Assembly (NCBI GenBank): GCA_963733295.1
Contig: CAVTCS010000003.1
Span: forward strand, 2,496,001-2,560,000
Direction: 5' to 3'
From: Vulcanimicrobiota bacterium
Lineage (GTDB): Bacteria > Vulcanimicrobiota > Vulcanimicrobiia > Vulcanimicrobiales > Vulcanimicrobiaceae
Length of the DNA: 64,000 bases
Shown: positions 55,046-64,000 of the stretch, in pieces
Position numbering within the stretch: the stretch's first letter is position 1
Layout of the letters: every line of letters starts with the position of its first letter
The notes under the pieces: model-generated
The model's input: the letters and a program-made list of their open reading frames with translations, nothing else
The model's database searches: none
What the model was told of the DNA's origin: nothing
Program-made: the position numbers and the translations under genes

Positions 55046-55660
55046 ATGGAAGTCCGTCAGGCTATCGCGGACCTGGCCGAGGTCCGCGACCGGCTCGCGA
55101 AGATTCAGCGCTTCGACGGCTACTCGGGCTGGGCGGCGATTGCCAGCGGCTTTGCCGCCCTGGCCGCGGGCGGTGTGCAGTTTGCGCTCGTTCCCCACCC
55201 CGTGGGTGCCGGACGCAACGCCTACCTCGGGATTTGGCTCGGCTGCCTCGTCGTCGCGCTCGCGATCAACTACGGCGCGATCGTCGTCTGGCGCGCGCGC
55301 AACAAGGGCGCGCAGGCTCGCGTGCAAATTCGCACGGTCGGCATGACGATTCTGCCGGCGATCGTCGCCGGCGGCGTGATCACGCTCGCCCTCGTTTCGC
55401 GCGGAGTCTTCGATCTGCTGCCCGGTGTTTGGTGCACGACCTATGGTCTGGGCATCTTCGCATCGCGCGCGATGGTGCCGCGCGACGTTGCGTACGTCGC
55501 AGCCGGCTTCGGTGCGTTCGGGACGCTGCTCTTACTCGTTCCCGGCATCGGTCCGCTCGATTGGTGGGTCATGCCGGCCGCCTTCGGACTCGGTCAAATC
55601 GCCATCGGCGCCGCCGTTCGCGCCGAAGGTCACCACAACGCGAGGCTATCGACTCGATGA
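55046..55660 (+). CDS. hypothetical membrane protein (~6 TM)
   Basis: RBS GAGGTG; A..DL..VR..L, LLPGVWC..YGLG, FGLGQI; ATGA overlap with the next gene. Confidence 0.8.
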   Translation: MEVRQAIADLAEVRDRLAKIQRFDGYSGWAAIASGFAALAAGGVQFALVPHPVGAGRNAYLGIWLGCLVVALAINYGAIVVWRARNKGAQARVQIRTVGMTILPAIVAGGVITLALVSRGVFDLLPGVWCTTYGLGIFASRAMVPRDVAYVAAGFGAFGTLLLLVPGIGPLDWWVMPAAFGLGQIAIGAAVRAEGHHNARLSTR

Positions 55661-56022
55661 AACCACCTGCACCTTTCGCTTACGAAGGTCTCGAGCGAAT
55701 CTTTCACGAGCGAGGGCGGCTTGCCGTGTGCACGTGTCTGATCGCAAACGAAAACGGACTCACCTTCAAACAACTCCAAGACGCCTGCGCCTTGACGGAC
55801 GGTAACCTGAACCGGCACTTGCACGCGCTGGCCGAGACCGAGATCGTGACGCTGGAACGCATGCGCGGTCCGGGCCGTCCTACCACGACCGTGCGCATCA
55901 CCGACTCCGGAAAAGCGCGCTTTCTCGCCTACATCGACGAACTTGAGGGCGTCATCCGCGCGGTGCACGCGAGCGACGCCGAACGCGACGCAGCGCTCAA
56001 GTTGCGACTGGCCACGTCATGA
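55657..56022 (+). CDS. winged-helix transcriptional regulator (HTH_34-like)
   Basis: IFHERGRL, F.QL...C.LTDGNL.RHL..L, RP.T...IT..G..RF..Y..EL. Confidence 0.85.
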   Translation: MKPPAPFAYEGLERIFHERGRLAVCTCLIANENGLTFKQLQDACALTDGNLNRHLHALAETEIVTLERMRGPGRPTTTVRITDSGKARFLAYIDELEGVIRAVHASDAERDAALKLRLATS

Positions 56023-56750
56023 TCGAACGCGCTCACGCCCCCGCCCTCGCGCCCGGTGCCGGCGCGCGCCACGTTGCGATCATCATGGACGGCAACCGTC
56101 GCTGGGCGCAGAGCCGCCAACTCGCGGGCATCGAAGGTCATCGCGCCGGCGCGAACGCGCTGAGCGCGACGGCCCGCGCGGCCGCGCGCGCAGGGATCGA
56201 GTTCCTTACCGTCTTCGCGTTCTCGGAAGAGAATTGGCGCCGCGATCCCGAGGAAGTTTCGCTCCTGATGGATCTCATGCGCGCGTTTTCCGAACGCGAA
56301 GCACTCTCGCTCGGCGGCGAAGGCGTCCGCATCCGGCCTATCGGACGGATTGCCGAGCTACCGGAAGCGCCGCGCAGCGCGCTGCTCGCGTTGGAAGCTG
56401 CGACGGCGCAGAACGCGGGGCTTACGCTCAACATCGCCGTGAATTACGGGGCGCGGACCGAACTGTGCGACGCGATTCGGGCGCTGGCGCGCGAAGTCGC
56501 CGCCGGAAATTTGAGCGCCGCAGCGATCGACGGCGACGTACTCGCGAGCTACCTTTACACCGCAGGGCTGCCCGATCCGGATTTGCTGATTCGGACCGGC
56601 GGCGAGCTGCGCGTTTCGAACTTCTTGCTTTACCAGATCGCCTACACCGAGCTGTGGTCGACGCCGGTCTGCTGGCCCGATTTCAACGAAAGCCACCTGC
56701 GGGAGGCCCTCGGCGCGTTCGCATCGCGCCAGCGACGCTTCGGAACCTAG
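56019..56750 (+). CDS. uppS: cis-isoprenyl (undecaprenyl) diphosphate synthase
   Basis: HVAIIMDGNRRWA, FAFSEENWRR, NYGAR, RTGGELRVSNFLLYQIAYTE, RRFG. Confidence 0.93.
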   Translation: MIERAHAPALAPGAGARHVAIIMDGNRRWAQSRQLAGIEGHRAGANALSATARAAARAGIEFLTVFAFSEENWRRDPEEVSLLMDLMRAFSEREALSLGGEGVRIRPIGRIAELPEAPRSALLALEAATAQNAGLTLNIAVNYGARTELCDAIRALAREVAAGNLSAAAIDGDVLASYLYTAGLPDPDLLIRTGGELRVSNFLLYQIAYTELWSTPVCWPDFNESHLREALGAFASRQRRFGT

Positions 56751-56779
56751 GAATGCGTTAAGGGTCTGCCCCGGCCACG

Positions 56780-56788
56780 TGCTATAAT
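56780..56788 (+). promoter_or_regulatory. extended -10 promoter of a probable leaderless typA mRNA
   Basis: TGCTATAAT followed 7 nt later by GTG at 56796; no SD. Confidence 0.65.
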
Positions 56789-56795
56789 GAAGTAC

Positions 56796-58622
56796 GTGAG
56801 TACGCGTTCCGACATACGTAATATTGCCATCATCGCCCACGTCGACCACGGAAAGACGACGCTGGTCGACGCCATGCTCAAGCAGAGCGGCGTTTTTCGA
56901 GAGGGGCAAGCCGTCGGCACGCGCCTGATGGATACGAATCCGCTCGAACGCGAACGCGGCATCACGATCCTCGCCAAGAATACGGCGATCCGTCACGGAG
57001 CGTACAAGTACAATATCGTCGACACGCCCGGCCACGCCGACTTCGGTGGGGAGGTCGAGCGGGTGTTGCAGATGGTTCAGGGCGTCCTCTTGCTCGTCGA
57101 CGCGGCCGAAGGCGTCATGCCGCAAACGCGTTTCGTGCTGCGCAAGGCACTGGAACTCGATCTGCGGGCGATCGTCGTCATCAACAAAATCGATCGCAAG
57201 GACGCGCGAGCGGCAGAGGTCGTCAACGAAGTCTTCGACTTGTTCATCGAACTCGGGGCCAGCGACGAGCAAGCCGATTTTGCGGTGGTCTACACGAACG
57301 GCCGCGCCGGTATCGCCAAACGCCGGCTCGAGGACGAAAGCAGCGACCTCGAGCCCCTCTTCGAGACGATTGCAGAGCGCGTCCCGGAAGCGCCGGCCGA
57401 AGAAGGCCCCTTTCAGATGCTCGTTTCCGCGATCGACCACAACCGCTACGTCGGACGTATCGGGATCGGCCGCGTCTTCCGCGGCAGCTCTCGCATCGGC
57501 GCACCGATCGCAAAAGTCGCGCGCGACGGAACCGTCGAGACGGGCTTGCGTTTGACGAAACTGCTGACGTTCGCGGGACTCGAACGCATCGAGGTCGAGG
57601 AAGCCGACGCCGGCGACATCGTCTGCGTATCGGGCATCGACGGGCTCAACATCGGCGACACGATCGCCGACTCCGCATCGCCCGAGGGCATTCACGCGGT
57701 GGCCGTCGACGAGCCGACCGTCTCGATGTCGTTCATGGTCAATGCCTCACCCTTCGTCGGGAAAGAAGGCAAGCTTCTGACGTCGCGGCAGATTCGCGAA
57801 CGCCTGATGCGCGAACTCGAGTCGAACGTCGCGCTGCGCGTCGCCGACACCGACAGCGCCGACACGTTCGAGGTGCGCGGACGCGGCGAGCTGCATCTGT
57901 CGATTTTGATCGAGACGATGCGACGCGAAGGCTACGAGTTGGCCGTCTCCAAACCGCAAGTCATTCTGACCGAACGCGACGGCAAGAAGTACGAACCGGT
58001 CGAGTACGTCGTCATCGACGTGCAAGAAGACTACGCCGGCTCGGTGATCGAGTCGCTCGGCAAGCGCAAGGCGATCATGTCCAACATGGTCAACGTCGGC
58101 GACACGCGGCGTCTCGAGTATACGATGCCGACGCGAGCCATCTTCGGGCTGCGCGGCGAACTGTTGACGCTGACTCGCGGCACCGCCGTCATGTCGCATA
58201 CCTACTACGACCATCAACCTTGGAGCGGCGAGATTCCCGGACGCAACGTCGGCGCGCTGGTGGCCAGCGATACCGGTGCGGTGACGGGTTACGCATTGAT
58301 GGGGCTCGAACAGCGCGGCCGCTTCTTCATCGGCCCCGGCACCGAGGTTTACGAAGGCATGGTCGTCGGCCGCGCCAACGACGATCGCGACGTCGCGATC
58401 AACGTCGTCAAGGCCAAGAAACTGACCAACATGCGCGCCGCCGGAACCGACGAGAACGTGCGGCTCGCGCCGCCGGAAGAACTCTCCTTAGAGCGGGCGA
58501 TCGAATTCATCGAAGACGACGAGCTCGTCGAGGTGACGCCGAAGTCGATCCGGATTCGTAAACGTCTGCTGAGCGAGACCGAGCGCCTGCGCGAACGCAA
58601 ACGCGAGAAGGTCACCGCCTAA
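56796..58622 (+). CDS. typA: translational GTPase TypA/BipA
   Basis: AHVDHGKTT, ERGITIL, DTPGHADFGGEVER, GRGELHL, KKLTNMRA, EVTPKSIRIRK. Confidence 0.96.
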   Translation: MSTRSDIRNIAIIAHVDHGKTTLVDAMLKQSGVFREGQAVGTRLMDTNPLERERGITILAKNTAIRHGAYKYNIVDTPGHADFGGEVERVLQMVQGVLLLVDAAEGVMPQTRFVLRKALELDLRAIVVINKIDRKDARAAEVVNEVFDLFIELGASDEQADFAVVYTNGRAGIAKRRLEDESSDLEPLFETIAERVPEAPAEEGPFQMLVSAIDHNRYVGRIGIGRVFRGSSRIGAPIAKVARDGTVETGLRLTKLLTFAGLERIEVEEADAGDIVCVSGIDGLNIGDTIADSASPEGIHAVAVDEPTVSMSFMVNASPFVGKEGKLLTSRQIRERLMRELESNVALRVADTDSADTFEVRGRGELHLSILIETMRREGYELAVSKPQVILTERDGKKYEPVEYVVIDVQEDYAGSVIESLGKRKAIMSNMVNVGDTRRLEYTMPTRAIFGLRGELLTLTRGTAVMSHTYYDHQPWSGEIPGRNVGALVASDTGAVTGYALMGLEQRGRFFIGPGTEVYEGMVVGRANDDRDVAINVVKAKKLTNMRAAGTDENVRLAPPEELSLERAIEFIEDDELVEVTPKSIRIRKRLLSETERLRERKREKVTA

Positions 58623-58627
58623 CGGCG

Positions 58628-61267
58628 CTAGCCGTGCGGCGCCTCGGCCTCGAGGCGCACCGTCGGCTCGCCCGCGAAGGTCAGTTCGCCGCGGTCGCGG
58701 TCGTAGTCGATCCGCACGGTCATGCCTTCGAGGATCTCGCCCGAGAGGATCTTCCGTGCCAGCGGCGTCTCCAGCTCGCGCTGGATCGTCCGTTTCAACG
58801 GTCGCGCTCCGTAGACCGGATCGTAACCGTCCTTGACGATGTGTCGCACCGCCGCCGGCGTCAGCTCGATCGTGATGCGGCGGTCGACGAGCCGTTTGCG
58901 CAAACGTTCCAGTTGGATCTCGACGATCTTCTCGAGATCGCTTTCGCTCAGTGCGGTGAAGACGACGATCTCGTCGACGCGGTTGAGAAACTCGGGCTTG
59001 AAGTTGCGGCGTAGTTCGTCGAGCACGGTGGCACGCATCACGGCGTAGTCCGCACCGCTCTGACCCGAGAAATCGAGGATCCGATGACTCCCGATATTCG
59101 AGGTCATGATGATGATCGTGTTCTTGAAGTCGACCGTGCGACCCTGACCGTCGGTCAAGCGTCCGTCGTCGAGAATCTGCAAGAATGCGTTGAAGACGTC
59201 CGGCGCAGCCTTCTCGATCTCGTCGAAAAGCACCACGGCGAATGGACGGCGGCGCACGGCCTCGGTCAACTGACCGCCCTCGTCGTAACCCACGTAACCG
59301 GGCGGCGCACCGATCAAACGGGCGACGCTGTGCTTCTCCTGGTATTCCGACATGTCGATCCGAATGAGCGCGCGCTCGTCATCGAACAGGTAGCTCGCCA
59401 GCGCACGCGCCAACTCGGTCTTGCCGACCCCGGTCGGCCCGAGAAAGATGAACGAACCGATCGGACGATTGGGATCGGAGAGACCCGAGCGCGCTCGCAC
59501 GATCGCATCGGCGACCGCATCGACCGCCTCGTTCTGTCCGACGACGCGCTTGTGCAGTTCTTCGGGAAGCCGCAAGAGTTTGCGCATCTCGCCTTCCAAC
59601 AGGCGCGAAACCGGAATCCCCGTCCAACGGCTGACTACGTCGGCGATGTCCTCTTCGTCGACTTCTTCCTTAAGCAAACGCGGCCGGCCGTCCGAACTCA
59701 GGCTGGCTTCATCGGCGTGCAAGCGCTTCTCGAGTTCGGCCAATTTGCCGTAGCGCAGTTCCGCGACGCGGTTCAGGTCGTATTGGCGCTCGGCCCGCTC
59801 GATCTCGGTTTTGACCTGATCGATCTGCGCGCGCAGATCGCGCAGTCCTTGAACGGCGCCCTTCTCTTGCTGCCAGCGCGCTTTGATCTCATCGGTCTGG
59901 GAACGCAGCTCGGCGAGCTCCTTTTCGATGCGCGTCAAACGCTGCTTCGAGCCTTCGTCGCTCTCTTTTTTGAGCGCCTCGCGCTCGATCTCGAGCTGCA
60001 TGATACGGCGCGACGCCTCGTCGAGTTCGGAGGGCATCGAATCGATCTCGGTACGCAGCTTCGCTGCGGCTTCGTCGACGAGATCGATCGCTTTGTCGGG
60101 TAGGAAGCGGTCCGAGATATAGCGGTTCGAAAGCGTCGCGGCTGCGACCAGCGCCGAATCCTTGATGCGTACGCCGTGATGCAGCTCGTAGCGCTCGCGC
60201 AAGCCCCGCAGAATCGAAATCGTATCCTCGACGCTCGGCTGGTCGACGAACACCGGCTGAAAACGGCGTTCGAGGGCGGCATCCTTTTCGATGTACTTGC
60301 GGTACTCGTCAAGCGTCGTGGCGCCGATCATGTGCAATTCGCCGCGCGCCAAAAGCGGCTTGAGCAAATTTCCCGCATCCATCGAGCCTTCGGTTCGGCC
60401 CGCTCCGACGACGTTGTGAAGCTCGTCGACGAACAGGAGGATGCGTCCCTCGGATGCCTGGACGTCTTTCAGAACCGCCTTGAGGCGCTCTTCGAACTCG
60501 CCGCGGTATTTCGCGCCCGCGATCAGCGCGCCCATGTCGAGCGAAACGATGCGGCGGTCTTTGAGACCTTCGGGAACGTCGCCGCGCACGATGCGCTGCG
60601 CGAGACCCTCCACGATCGCCGTCTTGCCGACACCGGGCTCGCCGATCAGCACCGGATTGTTCTTAGTGCGGCGCGAGAGCACTTGAATGACGCGGCGGAT
60701 TTCGTCGTCGCGCCCGATCACCGGGTCGAGTTTGCCGGTCTCGGCGGCGCGCGTAAGATCTTGGCCGTAACGCTCGAGCGACTGGTACGTTCCCTCCGGG
60801 TTCTGCGAGGTGACGCGCTGGTTACCGCGCACTTCTTTGAGCGCCGCGAGCGCCTTTTCGCGCGTCAAGCCGGCGGAGCGCAGAAGCTTTCCCGCCGCAC
60901 TACCCTCGTCCAAGAGAGCGAGCAGCAAGTGCTCGACCGACACGTAGTCGTCGTTGAGTTTCTCGGCTTCGTCGGCGGCCGCGAGCAACACGCGGTTCGC
61001 GCGCCCCGAGAGGGTCGCTTGCTGCTCCGCGGCATTCGCGCCGGACATGCGCGGCAGAGCCGCGACCGCCGCGTCGGCCTTCGACGCGACGCTGCGCGGG
61101 TCGATCCCCGCCTTCTCGAGCAGTGCGGGCACGATGCCCTGATCCTGCGCCAGCAGCGCGGCCAGGACGTGCTCGGGTTCGACGCTGGAATTGCGCTCCC
61201 GAAGGGCCCGTTGGTATGCGGCGTTGAGCGCTTCCCTGACGCGCTCGGTCATCTTCTCAGCGTTCAT
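58628..61267 (-). CDS. clpB: ATP-dependent disaggregase ClpB
   Basis: Two AAA modules ([17 protein letters not shown]), coiled-coil M domain, GAPPGYVGY. Confidence 0.96.
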   Translation of the reverse strand: MNAEKMTERVREALNAAYQRALRERNSSVEPEHVLAALLAQDQGIVPALLEKAGIDPRSVASKADAAVAALPRMSGANAAEQQATLSGRANRVLLAAADEAEKLNDDYVSVEHLLLALLDEGSAAGKLLRSAGLTREKALAALKEVRGNQRVTSQNPEGTYQSLERYGQDLTRAAETGKLDPVIGRDDEIRRVIQVLSRRTKNNPVLIGEPGVGKTAIVEGLAQRIVRGDVPEGLKDRRIVSLDMGALIAGAKYRGEFEERLKAVLKDVQASEGRILLFVDELHNVVGAGRTEGSMDAGNLLKPLLARGELHMIGATTLDEYRKYIEKDAALERRFQPVFVDQPSVEDTISILRGLRERYELHHGVRIKDSALVAAATLSNRYISDRFLPDKAIDLVDEAAAKLRTEIDSMPSELDEASRRIMQLEIEREALKKESDEGSKQRLTRIEKELAELRSQTDEIKARWQQEKGAVQGLRDLRAQIDQVKTEIERAERQYDLNRVAELRYGKLAELEKRLHADEASLSSDGRPRLLKEEVDEEDIADVVSRWTGIPVSRLLEGEMRKLLRLPEELHKRVVGQNEAVDAVADAIVRARSGLSDPNRPIGSFIFLGPTGVGKTELARALASYLFDDERALIRIDMSEYQEKHSVARLIGAPPGYVGYDEGGQLTEAVRRRPFAVVLFDEIEKAAPDVFNAFLQILDDGRLTDGQGRTVDFKNTIIIMTSNIGSHRILDFSGQSGADYAVMRATVLDELRRNFKPEFLNRVDEIVVFTALSESDLEKIVEIQLERLRKRLVDRRITIELTPAAVRHIVKDGYDPVYGARPLKRTIQRELETPLARKILSGEILEGMTVRIDYDRDRGELTFAGEPTVRLEAEAPHG

Positions 61268-61358
61268 ATATGCCACCGTTCAACAGCGCTGCGGGCTCAT
61301 TTCGTTGCGCCTCCCAAGGCCCCCGGGGGCGGGCCGCCCGGGCGCGAAATCCGCCTCG

Positions 61359-62471
61359 ATGAGCGTCGCCGAGCGCCCGCCTCGGAACGAGCCACCCGCG
61401 ATCCGCGACGGGGCGTTCCACGCCTACTTCGTGTTTGACGTGGCGGACACGATCGCGCTCGAACGGCTGGTCAGCGTCGCCGGCGAGGGCGTTGCTGCGG
61501 CGCCGCTGCAGCTGCGGCGAGAGGCCTCGACCGGCTTTATCGAGTTTCCGCGGCCGCCGATCGTAGCGCGCCTGCCGGCCGGCTCGAGCGAGATCAGCGT
61601 CCGCGCGAAAGTGTACGAGTACGGCGTCGTATCGATCCGCCTCAGCCTCGCCTTCGCGGGTCCGTGGAGCGCGTTCGCCGCGTTCACTCGCCGGCTGCGC
61701 AACGACGGCGAACTCGAACGACTGGCACGGGCGAGCCTCGAGCGCATGCTCGCGGAGATCCACGACGCGCTCGACGAGCCGCATGCGGCGCTCGTCGAGG
61801 ACTACTTCATCTTTGAGGTAGAGTCGTTCGTCGCGCCGGTTTCCGCTCGCGAACTGCTCGCAGAGTATGCCGCTTCGCTTGCGAGCCTCGTGCTCTGCGA
61901 AGAACGAAGTCTTATGGAGCTCGAACAACAGGAAGCGCTGCGCGCGCATTTCTCGTACTTCAACGACGACCTCGCGGTGGTTCAGTGGGACACGGCTTTC
62001 GTCTACGACCGGCGCGAAAGCGCCGCGGCGACGCTGGACATCTTAGAGTTTGCGAACACGCAGCTCGTCGAGTTGCGCACGTACGACAAGCGCCTCGATG
62101 ACGAGCTGGACACGATCTATAAGCTCGACCACCTGCGGCCCGGTCCGCGCTTCGGCCGCAAGCACTCACAGAACGCCGCAGACCGCCTGCGTTACCTCAT
62201 CGTCGACATCCTCGAGCTAACCGATCGTGCCAACAACGCCCTCAAGATCATCGGAGACGCGTACTACGCGCGACTCTATCGCGGCGCCGCCGGGCGCCTG
62301 GGCCTCAAAGATTGGCAGCTCCAGATCGACTCGAAGTTGCAAAGCATCAACGAGATGTACCGTTTTTTCACCGACCAAGCGCAAACCGCGCGCAGTCAGT
62401 TCCTGGAGGCGGTCGTCATCGCTCTCATCGCGGTGGAAATCGTGGTGGGAGTTCTCGCACTACACCACTAA
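61359..62471 (+). CDS. conserved hypothetical protein (RMD1/DUF155-like, C-terminal TM)
   Basis: K.YEYGVVSI, DDL.VV.WD.A, LEFANTQL.ELR.YD, GD.YYAR.Y, LE..VI.LI..EI. Confidence 0.75.
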   Translation: MSVAERPPRNEPPAIRDGAFHAYFVFDVADTIALERLVSVAGEGVAAAPLQLRREASTGFIEFPRPPIVARLPAGSSEISVRAKVYEYGVVSIRLSLAFAGPWSAFAAFTRRLRNDGELERLARASLERMLAEIHDALDEPHAALVEDYFIFEVESFVAPVSARELLAEYAASLASLVLCEERSLMELEQQEALRAHFSYFNDDLAVVQWDTAFVYDRRESAAATLDILEFANTQLVELRTYDKRLDDELDTIYKLDHLRPGPRFGRKHSQNAADRLRYLIVDILELTDRANNALKIIGDAYYARLYRGAAGRLGLKDWQLQIDSKLQSINEMYRFFTDQAQTARSQFLEAVVIALIAVEIVVGVLALHH

Positions 62472-62712
62472 ACGGCCGGAGGATTGTGGTCGTGGTCACG
62501 ATCGGCGTTGAGGCCGGGCGATTTCTCGGAATGAAGCTCGATGCGTGAATCGTACGGCATAAAGATTCCGCGTCGCTGACCGACCACTGTGAAAAGCCAC
62601 GCTTTTGCGCGGCCACAGTTTCCGTTTGGAAAAGAAGTGAGGGTCGTCGACGACACCCGCAGATCACGTGGCACGCGCCGGCGACGCTCGCGCTCGCCCG
62701 AAGACATCACGA

Positions 62713-63135
62713 GTGCAAGGCTCACACATCATCGCTATAGCCGTGCTTGGCGTTGCGCTGGCCGCGTGCGATGCGGGCGGTAATCCAGGAGCACCAATTC
62801 CACGACCGACCCCGTCGCCTCATCCGAGTCCAACGTCGACCGGCGCGACCGGCAGCCTCACCTTCACCGTCCCCACCCCGTCGCCGGTGCTGTGCACGCC
62901 CAACCCGGTCGCCGTTTCGCTGGGGCAGCCGGTGACGTTCGTCTGCAGCGCAGCGGGTTACTCTGGACCATTCACCTGGACGGTCGCCGATCCGTCGATC
63001 GCTTCAGTCCTGCAATTCAACGACGAGACCTACACGGTCTTCACCCTCACCGGCCTGGAGGCCGGTACGACGACGCTTTCTCTGCTGTCGCAGCCGGGCG
63101 GAGCCGGGTCGGACACAATCGTCGTTTCACCCTGA
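62713..63135 (+). CDS. lipoprotein with Pro/Thr linker and Ig-like domain
   Basis: Lipobox LAAC; WTVADPSIASV, GTTTL. Confidence 0.7.
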   Translation: MQGSHIIAIAVLGVALAACDAGGNPGAPIPRPTPSPHPSPTSTGATGSLTFTVPTPSPVLCTPNPVAVSLGQPVTFVCSAAGYSGPFTWTVADPSIASVLQFNDETYTVFTLTGLEAGTTTLSLLSQPGGAGSDTIVVSP

Positions 63136-63176
63136 CACCTCAGCCGTAGCACAACCTCACCAAGGAAGGATAGATC

Positions 63177-64000
63177 ATGAACCTGCGAACTTTTCCACCC
63201 GTCATTCTGGCCGCCGCCCTGCTGGCGGCGTGTTCGGGTGGCGGCGGACCGAATAGCACGCCCTCACAGTCCGGCGCATCGGCTTCGGGCATGATAACCA
63301 TCGCGCGGCCGGCGAGCGCCTCGAGCCATTCCCGCAAGCCCGCCTACATTTCAAGCGGGACGACTCGCGCCGCCTTGTTCATCGACGGTCAGACCAGCCC
63401 CGCCGGAACGAGTTCGGCTTGCACGACCGGGTGCACGATCGCTTACACCACGACATCCGGGACGCATACCTTCACCGCCGAGACCGACAATGGTTCGAAG
63501 GTTCTCGGAGATGGAACGACCGGGGCGATCGGCATCGTAGCCGGCCCTGGCAACAACTTTACGATCACGCTCAACGGCGCCGCGGCCCAGATGTCTTGGG
63601 TGTCGAACACGAGTTCCAATCCGGCCCCTCCCGCGCAGCCGACGAGCGTCACGGCGAACTGGGCCATAGCCGACTCTGCCGGAGTCGACATCACCAATGC
63701 TCCGGCAACGGCGACGTTTTCGGGCGGCACGATCACGTTCGCCGTCAGCACGTCAGGTACCGTAACCGGTGGGCCTCCAACCTTTTCTCCCACCACGCTG
63801 ACGCATCCCGACGCGAACGGGAACGACTACTCGATTACGGCAGCGTGTAATGGCGCCACGGGGAGCGGCACGTTTAACATAACCGCTACCTCCGCCTCCG
63901 TCTCTAGCCTCATCACCGCCTCCGAGCTAGCCGGCCTCTCGATCTCGTATCCGTCGGCGAGTCTCACCGTCACGCCGAGCCATCCCTATACCTGCACGAG
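63177..64000 (+). CDS. Thr/Ser/Gly-rich lipoprotein, 5' part (runs off the window)
   Basis: AAGGA RBS; MNLRTFPPVILAAALLAACSGGGG lipobox; RKPAYISSGT; no stop seen before the window end. Confidence 0.75.
   Translation, partial: MNLRTFPPVILAAALLAACSGGGGPNSTPSQSGASASGMITIARPASASSHSRKPAYISSGTTRAALFIDGQTSPAGTSSACTTGCTIAYTTTSGTHTFTAETDNGSKVLGDGTTGAIGIVAGPGNNFTITLNGAAAQMSWVSNTSSNPAPPAQPTSVTANWAIADSAGVDITNAPATATFSGGTITFAVSTSGTVTGGPPTFSPTTLTHPDANGNDYSITAACNGATGSGTFNITATSASVSSLITASELAGLSISYPSASLTVTPSHPYTCT

Noticed and set aside
61268..61358. CIRCE or HAIR heat-shock operator upstream of clpB
   Set aside because: No convincing TTAGCACTC-N9-GAGTGCTAA or CTTGAGT-N7-ACTCAAG match

Overview
GC-rich bacterial chromosomal segment. 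Gene style suggests a soil Vulcanimicrobiota/Eremiobacterota-like organism, but that assignment is inference only. About 60 CDS. Housekeeping genes: ctaA-ctaB, panB/panE, cobB, ECF sigma/anti-sigma, gdhA, aceE-aceF, uppS, typA, clpB. There is a split amino-sugar-like catabolic cluster (nanE, sugar kinase, small HExxH protein, FAD oxidoreductase; then hydantoinase A-like enzyme, permease-PDZ fusion, GH20, and a divergent SSS transporter). Also present: a LexA-box-controlled radical SAM gene, a two-subunit gluconate-2-dehydrogenase-like pair, a TIR-NB-ARC-TPR (NLR-like) gene, and a mosaic accessory stretch (~32.5-50 kb) with pseudogene remnants, an att-like tRNA-Thr 3' fragment and tRNA-Sec (selC). 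The most notable signal missed by the ORF track is a glutaredoxin-like gene (36766-37026). Its apparent TGA stop is followed by a bacterial-SECIS-like hairpin, so it is probably a selenoprotein ending G-U-T-V-H, and selC lies 8.5 kb away. Other hidden signals include a GlnR-box-like 11-bp repeat array before narK, an ACTTTG-N5-CAAAGT operator before a membrane protein-wHTH-uppS operon, leaderless promoters, and genes lacking canonical starts. No CRISPR array, rRNA, integrase or transposase was seen. All family calls are from motif recognition by eye, without database searches.
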